Shown: positions 20,815 to 30,731 of the stretch, in pieces | Layout: every line of letters starts with the position of its first letter | Numbering within the stretch: position 1 is the stretch's first letter | Source of the DNA: Candidatus Poribacteria bacterium | GTDB taxonomy: Bacteria > Poribacteria > WGA-4E > WGA-3G | Length of the DNA: 64,000 nt | Assembly (NCBI GenBank): GCA_965205025.1 | Contig: CBDBFU010000032.1 | Span: 1 to 64,000 of the forward strand | Reading direction: 5' to 3' | Position numbers and translations under genes: made by a program | Notes under the pieces: generated by a model | The model's input: the letters and a program-made list of their open reading frames with translations, nothing else | Told to the model about the DNA's origin: nothing | The model's database searches: none

Positions 20815-20839
20815 GTAGTCGCGCAATTCATTGCGACTC
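20815..20839 (+). repeat. GTAG-type REP hairpin
   Basis: GTAGTCGCGCAATTCATTGCGACT. Confidence 0.65.
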
Positions 20840-20953
20840 TTATATTCCGGACTTATGGGCAAAACTACAAATCTCATAATGAAATCTTATTTATTAGAAT
20901 TGGTATAACACTAAGACCAAAATATAGTCTAAATAGTTCAATAGGAAGGAACA

Positions 20954-21778
20954 ATGACTACATTAGACCAACGACTTGAGGCATATAAAACTGATGGCTT
21001 CACTATTTTTGAAAAAGTCTTTGACGAAACACAGATGGAACTCTGGAAACAGAAGCACCAAGAACTTTCAGCAGCACACAATGGACAAACATGGTTCGGT
21101 AACACGCTTGAATTAGCGCCTGAGTTGATGTGGCCCGCTGTCTCAAATCCAACTATACTGGAGTTTCTTGAGAAGGTTATGGGACCATTTGTTCAATTGG
21201 ACAACCTGACACTGGCAGCTTTCCCATCCATGGAACTTGAGAAAGCAGAAGGTAGGGTTTCAGGGTGGCATCGTGATCGGTGGGCACATGTTCCCTACAC
21301 CGATGAATATCACCGACCTAATGCTATCAACGCAATCTCGTATTTACAAGATCTTACAGATGAATATGGTCCACTTCGTGTAATTGTTGGATCTCACCGA
21401 AAACCAATTACCATCGAACCTGATGGACGTGGGATACCCCATCCTGATGAGACCATAATTCACATGAAAGCAGGAGATGTAGTTATCACGCATAATGGAC
21501 TTATTCATTCAGGTACACCTAACACATCAGGGCAGTTAAGATATTTCTTCAGTATATATTACAACCTTACTTGGTTAAAACATACAGATCATCATACAGG
21601 ACCACATACACAAAACCTAATTGAACAAGCTAAAGCAGCAAATAATCATCAATATATGCGGTTACTTGGTATAGACGAACAACTTCAACCCAGATGCAAT
21701 TCCGGTTTCCTCTCTTCAGATGAGGAACGTTGGAAGGAATGGGCAGATGCGGATCGTGCTGCCATTAAGGAGGAGTAG
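20954..21778 (+). CDS. PhyH-family Fe/2OG dioxygenase
   Basis: GWHRD (HxD), GPLRVIVGSH, GDVVITHNGLIHSG and R..F. Confidence 0.9.
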   Translation: MTTLDQRLEAYKTDGFTIFEKVFDETQMELWKQKHQELSAAHNGQTWFGNTLELAPELMWPAVSNPTILEFLEKVMGPFVQLDNLTLAAFPSMELEKAEGRVSGWHRDRWAHVPYTDEYHRPNAINAISYLQDLTDEYGPLRVIVGSHRKPITIEPDGRGIPHPDETIIHMKAGDVVITHNGLIHSGTPNTSGQLRYFFSIYYNLTWLKHTDHHTGPHTQNLIEQAKAANNHQYMRLLGIDEQLQPRCNSGFLSSDEERWKEWADADRAAIKEE

Positions 21779-21780
21779 AC

Positions 21781-22527
21781 ATGGCTGAAGGACCTGTAGT
21801 ACCACCAACGCTCAATGTTGAACTTGACCACCAATTGCAACAAGAGGTTAATTTTTTTCTAAAATGGGGATACCTTATTGTTGATGATGCCGCAACACCT
21901 GAACAGATTGAGTCGTTGCGCAACGCGCTTGATGAAAGTTACGAACGGCACAATAAGAGCCAATTCATCGGTGAACTGCTTGAAGAGGATGATAGATTTG
22001 CTTTTTTGCTTGACAATCCACCTGTGATGAAACGGATGGAAGCGATATTGGGGACGTGTGTGCAGCTTCACAGTGCAACTGCCCGTATCGTTGAACCAGG
22101 AACACCTGACCAAAACTGGCATCGCGATGGTCCATGGCCAGTTGACCCTTTCGGCACCCCCTATGGAAGTTTACCTGCCCAAATAAACTGCGGGTACTAT
22201 CTTGACGAAGTGACTGATGAAAAAGGACCAACAGTCGTACAACCCGGCAGTCATAGAGCTCCATTCCGACCACCGCCAAGTCCAGTCCAGCTTCCTGATG
22301 AAAAGCGTGTGTTAGTTTCCCCAGGACAAGCTGTCATGTTTGATGGGTGGACGTGGCATCGTGGTGCTGCTAACACCTCTTCGCAAAGCCGACGCGTTTG
22401 TTTGATGTGCTATCAAAACGCTTGGATGAAATCTCGTGAACCTTTTAACGGACCGCGCGTAACAAAACTTCGCGAAGAAGGCACACCACAACAAAAGTTA
22501 CTGCTCGGGGCAATTCCAAAGTGGTAA
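21781..22527 (+). CDS. PhyH-family Fe/2OG dioxygenase
   Basis: WHRD, GPTVVQPGSH and FDGWTWHRGAAN...RR. Confidence 0.9.
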   Translation: MAEGPVVPPTLNVELDHQLQQEVNFFLKWGYLIVDDAATPEQIESLRNALDESYERHNKSQFIGELLEEDDRFAFLLDNPPVMKRMEAILGTCVQLHSATARIVEPGTPDQNWHRDGPWPVDPFGTPYGSLPAQINCGYYLDEVTDEKGPTVVQPGSHRAPFRPPPSPVQLPDEKRVLVSPGQAVMFDGWTWHRGAANTSSQSRRVCLMCYQNAWMKSREPFNGPRVTKLREEGTPQQKLLLGAIPKW

Positions 22528-22571
22528 AATAGTAGGCGCAATCTTTGTGCCGTAACAAACGGAGATTTTAT

Positions 22572-24026
22572 ATGAACGTCGCTTATATTGTTATTGACAC
22601 ACTACGCTATGACTACATTGGTGCAAATGGAAATGATTGGATTGAAACCCCAAACTTCGATAACTTCGCATCTAAGTCTTGGGCATTTGATCGTGCATTC
22701 TGTGCCAGTTTCCCAACTATTCCATATCGAACCGATGTCATCACCGGACAATATGGTGCTCCATTTCACTCTTGGAAACCACTCAGACATGAAAGAAGAA
22801 CACTACCATGGACTCTTGCACAAAGCGGATATGCAACCCAACTAATTCACGACACACCACATCTTGTCAACGGGGGACATAACTTTGATTGGCCATTCCA
22901 TGCATGGACATTTGTCAGAGGGGCAGAAGTGGACAGAGATTGGATTATGGATACCCTCCCCATACCAGAAAATTGGAGAAAAGAAGAATTATTCGATTGT
23001 CTTGACGATAAAGCATCACAATCGAATATGTTACGGAGTTATGCTCGTGCCAACAGAAATAGAAAGAAACTTGAAGATTGGAACTGTGCTAAACTGTTTA
23101 ACACTGCTGCCCAATTCCTAAAAGACAATGCAAAAAGAGAGAATTTCTTCCTGTGGGTAGACTGTTTTGATCCGCACGAACCGTGGGACGCTCCTCCTGA
23201 ATTCATGAAGAAATATGACAAACGTCCCGGTTATGATGGTGGTATTGACCCACGAAGTCTCGGGAGCAGGAATAATCCAAAATTATCAGATGAAGCAATA
23301 CAACATATAAAAGACCAATACGCTGCTAAATTAACTTGGATGGATCACTGTTTCGGACAGTTTTTAAATGCACTGGAATCCACAGGTTTAGATAAGAATA
23401 CTGCTGTTATTCTTACAGGAGACCATGGCACAAATGTCGCTGATCGTGGTTCGTTTGGTAAAGGACAACCTATTCGGGAACAGGAAGGACATGTCCCTCT
23501 CTTTGTACGTTTACCAGATGGAGATACAGGTAGAAGTAATGTGATTGTTCAACCGCAAGATTTCTTTCCTACTATTTTGAGTATTCTTGATGAAGAACGT
23601 CCTGATGGTTTAGAAGGATACGATTTTCTAACACCTGCACGTGAAGGAAAATCTGGAGATAGACTGCTGGCACTATCCGGTGGAAGTATTGAAAGATGGA
23701 AACAAGCCTCTCAACGAGAGAATGCCATCCTGTTTACAGTATTTGACCAAGACTGGAGTTTAGAAGTGACCGCAAAACCGGAAAATTCCAAACTTGTCCG
23801 ACTGGGTGAATTAGAATATGTACAGGATCAACATCAGGATGTTGTAACTCAGATGCATGCAGCTGGATTAGATGAAATAGAACGACGTGGAACTGATCCT
23901 GATCTTATTTCATGGTTACGAAGTGGTGGTGAGAGGGCGTTCCCCGAAGATCCCAATTATTGGGATGGATATCCGGGCCCGGTAGCGTTCCGCCCCTATT
24001 TCGGTAAGCTTTATTCTGGAGAGTAG
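22572..24026 (+). CDS. Sulfatase-like hydrolase (alkaline phosphatase superfamily)
   Basis: IVIDTLRYD, TPNFD, FDPHEPWD and TGDHG; active-site loop reads TIPYR; ATG at 22572 follows a GGAG RBS. Confidence 0.88.
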   Translation: MNVAYIVIDTLRYDYIGANGNDWIETPNFDNFASKSWAFDRAFCASFPTIPYRTDVITGQYGAPFHSWKPLRHERRTLPWTLAQSGYATQLIHDTPHLVNGGHNFDWPFHAWTFVRGAEVDRDWIMDTLPIPENWRKEELFDCLDDKASQSNMLRSYARANRNRKKLEDWNCAKLFNTAAQFLKDNAKRENFFLWVDCFDPHEPWDAPPEFMKKYDKRPGYDGGIDPRSLGSRNNPKLSDEAIQHIKDQYAAKLTWMDHCFGQFLNALESTGLDKNTAVILTGDHGTNVADRGSFGKGQPIREQEGHVPLFVRLPDGDTGRSNVIVQPQDFFPTILSILDEERPDGLEGYDFLTPAREGKSGDRLLALSGGSIERWKQASQRENAILFTVFDQDWSLEVTAKPENSKLVRLGELEYVQDQHQDVVTQMHAAGLDEIERRGTDPDLISWLRSGGERAFPEDPNYWDGYPGPVAFRPYFGKLYSGE

Positions 24027-24062
24027 CAGCTATCTGAAACTAATGTATAGAAATTGAGATTG

Positions 24063-24092
24063 CTGGTGAGTTTAATCCTCGCCAGTTTTTTT
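24063..24092 (+). terminator. Intrinsic terminator
   Basis: CTGGTGAG-TTTAATC-CTCGCCAG stem followed by T7, downstream of the sulfatase gene. Confidence 0.7.
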
Positions 24093-24404
24093 ATTCCCAA
24101 AAGATATCCCTTGAAATTGACTCAGTGTTTTGATAATATATTTGTGAAGACCACCGCTAAATCCCAAAAAAAACTACTAATTGCATAAAATATACGAGAG
24201 GTAATTTTGATGAGGAAGCATGCTAAGTTAGAATCTTATGTAATGAAAAACTCGAGTAAATTATTTGGTGAAGAGTTCAATTTGAAGCCTGGAACTAAAT
24301 TAAATGATAAATATGATTCAACAATCCAAAGTATTCGCAATGATTTTGAGAATGTTTTTGCAAGTCCAAATTACTTCTTGCAAAACTAAAAGAGGAGTAT
24401 AAAA

Positions 24405-24635
24405 ATGCCAAAAGCAAACCTAAAACAACAAGCGGTAACATTGATTGAACAACTCTCTAACGAAAAACTAAAAGTAGTGGTTGACTACCTGACCTATTTA
24501 CATGACAAGGAAGCATGGGATGCAACACATGAATTGGCAAGCAATCCTGAAATCGTGAAAAGTTTAGAACGTGCTGAAGCTGATGAAAAAGCAGGTAGAC
24601 TCAAAAAATGGAACGATGTTAGACGTGACGTTTGA
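24405..24635 (+). CDS. Small antitoxin of a RelE/ParE-type TA pair
   Basis: 76 aa with VVDYLTYL...ATHEL...SLERAEADEKAGR; overlaps the downstream RelE-like toxin; AGAGGAG RBS. Confidence 0.7.
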   Translation: MPKANLKQQAVTLIEQLSNEKLKVVVDYLTYLHDKEAWDATHELASNPEIVKSLERAEADEKAGRLKKWNDVRRDV

Positions 24636-24891
24636 AGTACAACTCACTGATGAAGCAACAACCCATTACCAATCACTGGATGCTAATATGACGCGCAGAG
24701 TTGATAATGTCATGGACACATTAGGTCGTAATCCGTTATTCGGTCCTAATATTGTCAAATTAAAAGGACAGTATGCCGGTCTATATCGTTATCGTGTTGG
24801 ACGTTATAGGATAATTTATAGGATTGACATGGAAGACCATAGATGTATTATTAGGAGTATTTACCCACGCGGGAAAGCATACAACAGATAA
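24625..24891 (+). CDS. RelE/ParE family toxin
   Basis: Probable GTG start at 24625; KLKGQYAGLYRYRVGRYRIIY and IYPRGKAY. Confidence 0.88.
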   Translation: MTFEVQLTDEATTHYQSLDANMTRRVDNVMDTLGRNPLFGPNIVKLKGQYAGLYRYRVGRYRIIYRIDMEDHRCIIRSIYPRGKAYNR

Positions 24892-24952
24892 TTTAGAACC
24901 ATATAGTTACTGAAAATCTATAAATGAATCTTCTTATTATAAAGGAAAAAAC

Positions 24953-26002
24953 ATGCCACAAACATATAAAGCATGCCTTATCGGATGTGGACGAATGGGT
25001 GCAACTATTGACGATGAAGTTGCAAACCGACCTGACAATTTTATCTGGCTACCCTTCTCTCACGCTGCAGCTGCAGTTGCTTGTGAAAGAACAAACCTGA
25101 TCGCTGTATCAGATGTATTTGAAGATAAAGCTGAAGCCATTCGAAAACGTTACGGCGCAGAACGCGCATACACTGATTACCAAGAAATGATTGAAAAAGA
25201 AAAACCTGATATCGTCTGTATTGCAACTCGTCCCGGACCGCATGCTGACATAACTGTGTTTGCTGCAGAGAATAACGTCAAAGGTATATACTGCGAAAAA
25301 CCTCTTTGTTGTTCTATGGAAGAAGCAGATACTATGGTTGATATAGTTGAAAAGTATGGAGTTAAATTCAACTACGGTACACAACGTCGGTTCATGCCAC
25401 TCTACCGTAAAGTACGGGAACTTATTGATGCTGGAGAAATTGGAAATGTTCAATGTACTATAGCACAATACGGTGCAAGTTCTGCATTATGGGGATTAAC
25501 ACACGCTGCCGATATGCTTCTTTTCCTCGCAGGTGATCCAGAAGTAGACTTCGTTCAAGGTACTGTTTCATGTTCAGATTCAGATTGGGAGGGAAACAGA
25601 TTGAATGTCGATCCCGCTATTACCAACGGATACATACGGTATTCAAACGGCGTTCATGGATATAACACTGCCGGAACTGGTCCTGAATATGAAGTCTGTG
25701 GAACAGGTGGTAAAATCCGTATTCAAAATAACAGTCGGGAAGTGCAATTCCGAAAAAAAGACGGAACATTCTATGAGGATGTACCATTTCCAGAAGTTTC
25801 CCGTGCTACGGGTACAGTCATGGGTATCACTGATGTTGCTGAAGCTTTGGATGAAGATCGTGAAACAAAAGGACCAATCCAACTTGCAAGAAGAAGTCAA
25901 GAGACTCTGATGGGAATTATAGAATCACATAGACTCGGTGGACAACGAGTTTCGTTACCAATGGAAAATCGCGGTCTCTATGTCGGCAGAAAAGATTGGT
26001 AA
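24953..26002 (+). CDS. Gfo/Idh/MocA oxidoreductase
   Basis: LIGCGRMG, CEKPL and THAAD. Confidence 0.9.
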   Translation: MPQTYKACLIGCGRMGATIDDEVANRPDNFIWLPFSHAAAAVACERTNLIAVSDVFEDKAEAIRKRYGAERAYTDYQEMIEKEKPDIVCIATRPGPHADITVFAAENNVKGIYCEKPLCCSMEEADTMVDIVEKYGVKFNYGTQRRFMPLYRKVRELIDAGEIGNVQCTIAQYGASSALWGLTHAADMLLFLAGDPEVDFVQGTVSCSDSDWEGNRLNVDPAITNGYIRYSNGVHGYNTAGTGPEYEVCGTGGKIRIQNNSREVQFRKKDGTFYEDVPFPEVSRATGTVMGITDVAEALDEDRETKGPIQLARRSQETLMGIIESHRLGGQRVSLPMENRGLYVGRKDW

Positions 26003-26061
26003 GGTTATTTGTTTGAAGTAAATGGATATTTTAATCTTATTGATAATAGACGCTGATATCT

Positions 26062-27057
26062 ATGAATTTAGACACACAAATCCAAGTATTTCGTGATACC
26101 TTCTATGATGTCAAAACCGAAGTCCAAAAACGTATTGTTGGTCAAGATCAGATAGTTGAAGGTGTCCTGCTGTGTCTACTGGCAAATGGACATACCCTCA
26201 TTGAAGGAATCCCCGGTTTAGGTAAGACACAACTCATCCGAACACTGAGTGAAACCTTAAATCTATCCTTCAAACCAATCCATTTTACACCTGATATGAT
26301 GCCGTCAGACATCACAGGTACAACCTTTCTTATTGAGGACGAACAAGGAAGAAAGCAGTTTGAATTCCAACAAGGTCCCATCTTTGCCCAGCTTATCCTC
26401 GCAGATGAAATAAACAGAGCAACACCACGTACACAATCTGCTCTCCTGGAAGCAATGCAGGATCGGACGGTCACTGTTGGACGAACAAGTCATACATTAG
26501 AAGAACCGTTTTGTGTACTCGCTACACAAAACCCTCTTGAAATGGAAGGCACTTACCCTCTTCCAGAAGCGCAACTTGACCGTTTTCTATTCAAACTATT
26601 GATTGAATTCCCTGATGAAGATGAAATCCTTGAGATTCTTCGTCGAACGACAACTGATACTAAAATCTCAATTGAAAAAGTTACAAATGCAGAAACTCTA
26701 AATAACATGCGATCACTTGTTCCGCAGATCATCATCGCTGAACATGTTGAACGCTATATAATTCAACTTGTCAGAGCAACACACGCTGATTCTGAAAACG
26801 CACCCGATATTGTTAAACAGTACGTCCATCTCGGAGCTGGTATCCGAAGTATACAAGCAATTACACTTACAGCAAAAATTAAAGCTATCCTTGATCAGAG
26901 ATATAATGTTGCTTTTGAAGATATCAATTCAGTCCTACATCCTGCCCTACGCCACCGAATTATACTCAACTTTGAAGCTCAAGGTGAACGTATATCACCA
27001 GATACTATCATATCAGAAGTCCGTAATTCCCTTCCTCCGACAACTTCCGAAAACTAA
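26062..27057 (+). CDS. MoxR-family AAA+ ATPase
   Basis: Walker A GIPGLGKT, FTPDMMPSD, LADEINRA and ATQNPLEMEGTYPLPEAQLDRF. Confidence 0.95.
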   Translation: MNLDTQIQVFRDTFYDVKTEVQKRIVGQDQIVEGVLLCLLANGHTLIEGIPGLGKTQLIRTLSETLNLSFKPIHFTPDMMPSDITGTTFLIEDEQGRKQFEFQQGPIFAQLILADEINRATPRTQSALLEAMQDRTVTVGRTSHTLEEPFCVLATQNPLEMEGTYPLPEAQLDRFLFKLLIEFPDEDEILEILRRTTTDTKISIEKVTNAETLNNMRSLVPQIIIAEHVERYIIQLVRATHADSENAPDIVKQYVHLGAGIRSIQAITLTAKIKAILDQRYNVAFEDINSVLHPALRHRIILNFEAQGERISPDTIISEVRNSLPPTTSEN

Positions 27058-27238
27058 CAATTCACGTTTATTTAGTTTTCGTATTTTCTACTATATTTTT
27101 CACATTTCAATAGAAACTACCTGTAGGTTGGGTTTCACCTACAGTTCAACGCAACCTATGAAATAAACTATCAGTAACATTCAGAAACTGATAATTCTTA
27201 ATACTAAATATCCGTGTGAAATTTACTGAAGTGACGGG

Positions 27239-28648
27239 TTATTCTCTGACTGCACAAGGCACAATTATAGAATCCACCATACCGTGTATAATTTTCTTAT
27301 CGGCAGGACATACAGCAGCCTGTATACCCCCAAGCTTAACAGTATCCCCAACAACAAAATAGTATGGACGGAGGAGTGGACGGCAAGGCATTTCCTGCAT
27401 TTCCTGTGATTCAAAGTCGTAGTACTGCATCCGAACACGCATAGAAGTATAGAACTTTTGAAGGACATAAGGGGTCTTCTCAAAATTAGCAAGTCCATTC
27501 TCTAAAGATACCTCCCATTCTTCTGTAGGAAGATCATGACCAATGGATACACCACGACTACCCCATGAAAGATCTGAAAAACCGGACGGTTTGATGACTA
27601 ATTCACGCTGTCGTTGGGTCACAGAACTGTATTGTCGCCAGTCTGTCACAGGAATACCTTCTATATCAAGATTAGGAATTACTGCATGGGGTGGTAAAGG
27701 ACGTGCATCAAGAATCCAAGTTTCAGGAATCACTTTCTGTAGGAATGGATATGCCTTCTTACCAAGTTGACGTTTCCAGAATTCTTGAAGGGACGGATGA
27801 TGGAACAAAGCAAGCCACAGTTTTTCTTCTAAGAAGGCTTTGGGGGGTGGTGTCATAACCACATTCCGTTTCTTTGCACTGTAAAATATTAACTCTGCCT
27901 TTGGTATATTAGGAAGATCAAACAATTCGTAGAATCGGTAGACCACATCAATATCTAACTTACCGTTTTCCGTCTCTGCAACAAGACCGTCTTCGGTGAA
28001 GATAATCTCTTGAGGATGGAGTGTGATAGCTTTGAATCCAGTTTCACAGAGTGCATTCGCAAGCCAAACCATTTCAGGACGATAATCTTCAGATTCATTG
28101 GAAACAACTATGGCGAGGGATGGATCATCCTTCTTGGCTAAGGCTTTGATCATCTCAGCATAGCCTTGTACCATACCATCTTTCCCACCGATGATGTTAT
28201 ACCCAAGTTTGGTATACATTCTTGCAAGACATCCTGTCCCACCAATGAAACCTGGGATAGAATCAAGTTCAGTTATGATGTGATTATCGTCTGTTGTGGG
28301 TAAAATATCAGGTCGAATGACACTCGGGATATGACTTTTAAAACGGTTCATCCTTCCATATTGGATGACGTTTTCAGGTTTTCCAATATCTAAATAATCA
28401 GATACCCAAGTAGGTTGAATTCCTCTCACACTTTGCGAATAGAGAAGGTTACAGGCACGATAAAAATTGAGTAGATGGAGTCCGAGTTCATCAAACCAAT
28501 CTAATTCTTCTTGAGAAATCCAGAACGGTTCCGGTGAGATACGCCAGGATGTATTACAATTCGGATGAATTTCACGTTTTTCTGCTGAGAATAATTTTTC
28601 TTTCGGAATTTCATTATTAATTAACAAACATATCTGTTTGGCTTCCAA
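27239..28648 (-). CDS. Uncharacterised ATP-grasp-like protein (circularly permuted / glutathionylspermidine-synthase-like)
   Basis: RPDIL...ITELDSIPG, EEKLWLAL, VIKPSG...WGSRGVSIG and YVLQKF; TTG start after GGGAG. Confidence 0.55.
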   Translation of the reverse strand: MEAKQICLLINNEIPKEKLFSAEKREIHPNCNTSWRISPEPFWISQEELDWFDELGLHLLNFYRACNLLYSQSVRGIQPTWVSDYLDIGKPENVIQYGRMNRFKSHIPSVIRPDILPTTDDNHIITELDSIPGFIGGTGCLARMYTKLGYNIIGGKDGMVQGYAEMIKALAKKDDPSLAIVVSNESEDYRPEMVWLANALCETGFKAITLHPQEIIFTEDGLVAETENGKLDIDVVYRFYELFDLPNIPKAELIFYSAKKRNVVMTPPPKAFLEEKLWLALFHHPSLQEFWKRQLGKKAYPFLQKVIPETWILDARPLPPHAVIPNLDIEGIPVTDWRQYSSVTQRQRELVIKPSGFSDLSWGSRGVSIGHDLPTEEWEVSLENGLANFEKTPYVLQKFYTSMRVRMQYYDFESQEMQEMPCRPLLRPYYFVVGDTVKLGGIQAAVCPADKKIIHGMVDSIIVPCAVRE

Positions 28649-28691
28649 ACTAAAACTCCCTCATAAGTATATTTCTATTTTAATCCGTATA

Positions 28692-30275
28692 TCAGAGAAT
28701 AACCTGTTTTGCAAAATCTATCTTGTTTTGTTCAGCAATTGTCTTTAATACATTTCGAGGTACAAGACTATCCACATTAATTAGTGTAAGTGCTACTTCT
28801 CCAATTCGCGAGCGTCCAACGGTCATATCAGCAATGTTAATGTTATGCTGTCCAAGAATTGTACCGATTAACCCTATCATCCCGGGTTGATCACTATTGT
28901 AAATGAGTAGTATATGTCCATCTGGCGTAGCATTCAGATGTAGTTGGTTGATCCGAACGATACGAATATCTTTACGTCCAAATGTTGTACCAGCAATAAC
29001 TGTATCCCCTCGATCAGTGGTCACAGTAACAGTTATCAAGTTAGCGAAATCCGCTTCTGATTCACTCTTGGTTTCAGTTATTGATATACCACGCTGCTTG
29101 ATTAGGAATGGTGCGTTAACGTAATTTACCTCTGTTAATACTGGTGTTAGTAGTCCTTTTTGTAAAGCAACTGTAATAGGTGTGACATCCTCTTTCTGAA
29201 AGAGTAAACCGCTATAATGCACTTTGATTGAAGAGATTTGTCCTTCTACAATTTGGGCATGGAAACTTCCAATCTTCTCTGCAAGTTGAAGGTACGGACC
29301 TAATATGTCAAATACTCTTGGATCAATTTTGGGTTGATTTATCGCATTTGCAACTGGTTTGCCTTGGAGAGCATTAATCACCTGTTGTGCAACTTCTATA
29401 GCAACGTGATCTTGTGCTTCTGTAGTGGAAGCGCCAAGATGAGGTAGGGCAAGAACATTATCAAGGTCAAGTAGTGGACTATCGACAGCAGGTTCATTTT
29501 CAAAGACATCAAGCGCAGCCCCAGATATCTTTTTCTCTCTTAACGCATTAACTAACGCTTCTTCGTCAATTATACCACCTCGAGCACAGTTAATAAGACG
29601 TGCGGTTGGTTTCATAAGTTGAAATTCAGTGTCACCAATGCTATGGTAAGTCTCCGCATCTAAGATAGTGTGAATAGTTATGTAATCTGATTCCCGGAAT
29701 AAAGTCTCTCTATCAACGATCCTGACACCCATTTTCTCTGCTGCGCCAGCAGAGATATAAGGATCGAAGGCTATTAATTCCATTTCGAAACTGTGGGCAC
29801 GTTTTGCGACTTCTCTGCCAATTCTACCAAGTCCTACAGAACCTAATACCTTACCGTATAACTCAACTCCCAAAAATTTGTTTCGCTGCCATGTTCTGTT
29901 TTGCAATGAAATACCAGCGGGAACAATGTTTCGAGATAAGGCTAATATTAGTGCAATTGTATGTTCAGCTGCTGCAATTGTATTACCTTCAGGTGTATTT
30001 ACGACCAATATACCATTTCGTGTGGCTGCTTCAACATCAATATTATCTACACCAACCCCTGCACGACCAATTACCTTAAGGTTAGTTGCAGCATCTATTA
30101 CCTCAGCAGTAACCCTGGTATCGCTCCTAATGAGTAGGGCATCATAAAATGGAATCCGATTTATCAATTTCTCGTGGCTTAATTCCAACTCAACATCAAC
30201 CTTGAAATTTCCACTTTTTAGTAAGACATCCAAACCACGCTGGGAAAGTAAATCACTAACCAGCACATTATCCAT
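28692..30275 (-). CDS. serA: D-3-phosphoglycerate dehydrogenase
   Basis: RAGVGVDNID, GLGRIG, NCARGG, LDVFENEP, PHLGAST and a C-terminal ACT domain. Confidence 0.97.
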   Translation of the reverse strand: MDNVLVSDLLSQRGLDVLLKSGNFKVDVELELSHEKLINRIPFYDALLIRSDTRVTAEVIDAATNLKVIGRAGVGVDNIDVEAATRNGILVVNTPEGNTIAAAEHTIALILALSRNIVPAGISLQNRTWQRNKFLGVELYGKVLGSVGLGRIGREVAKRAHSFEMELIAFDPYISAGAAEKMGVRIVDRETLFRESDYITIHTILDAETYHSIGDTEFQLMKPTARLINCARGGIIDEEALVNALREKKISGAALDVFENEPAVDSPLLDLDNVLALPHLGASTTEAQDHVAIEVAQQVINALQGKPVANAINQPKIDPRVFDILGPYLQLAEKIGSFHAQIVEGQISSIKVHYSGLLFQKEDVTPITVALQKGLLTPVLTEVNYVNAPFLIKQRGISITETKSESEADFANLITVTVTTDRGDTVIAGTTFGRKDIRIVRINQLHLNATPDGHILLIYNSDQPGMIGLIGTILGQHNINIADMTVGRSRIGEVALTLINVDSLVPRNVLKTIAEQNKIDFAKQVIL

Positions 30276-30378
30276 TTTAAACTCCTCTGACCTACTAAGG
30301 ATTTTGAAATTCTAACATCATAAGACCACCATGTCAATAAAATTGAGATGGTTCCATTGGTATCCCCGACTCTTCTCT

Positions 30379-30407
30379 TCTGTAGGAGGGAACTCCGATT
30401 CCCGATC
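30379..30407 (+). repeat. GTAG-type REP hairpin
   Basis: TCTGTAGGAGGGAACTCCGATTCCCGAT. Confidence 0.6.
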
Positions 30408-30731
30408 TTTTATACTTAGTTCAGACAATTCTTCATCCGCTTAATCCGTTACCCAGACAACAAACCGCACCCCAAATCCCACTTCTCCACGTAATCTGCG
30501 ATTTAAAAAAACACCTCTTTGTATCACGAACTTTTAGTTTGTGATCTTACTCCCTAACCTCTCCAAACATTTTTATCAGATTACTCCGTGATTCTGACAC
30601 CTCAAAACAATAGGAAAATTAAAACTAAATAATCCATCCAAATGACAAATTACTCTTGACTTTTCTCATGTAAATGATTATGATTAAATAAGGTCTATTA
30701 ATTCGAACGATTTAGAAGAGTTTTTTGTTTC

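Noticed and set aside
24207-24389. 60-aa ORF upstream of the TA pair
   Set aside because: May be real (GAGG upstream) but is short with no recognisable motif; not enough support
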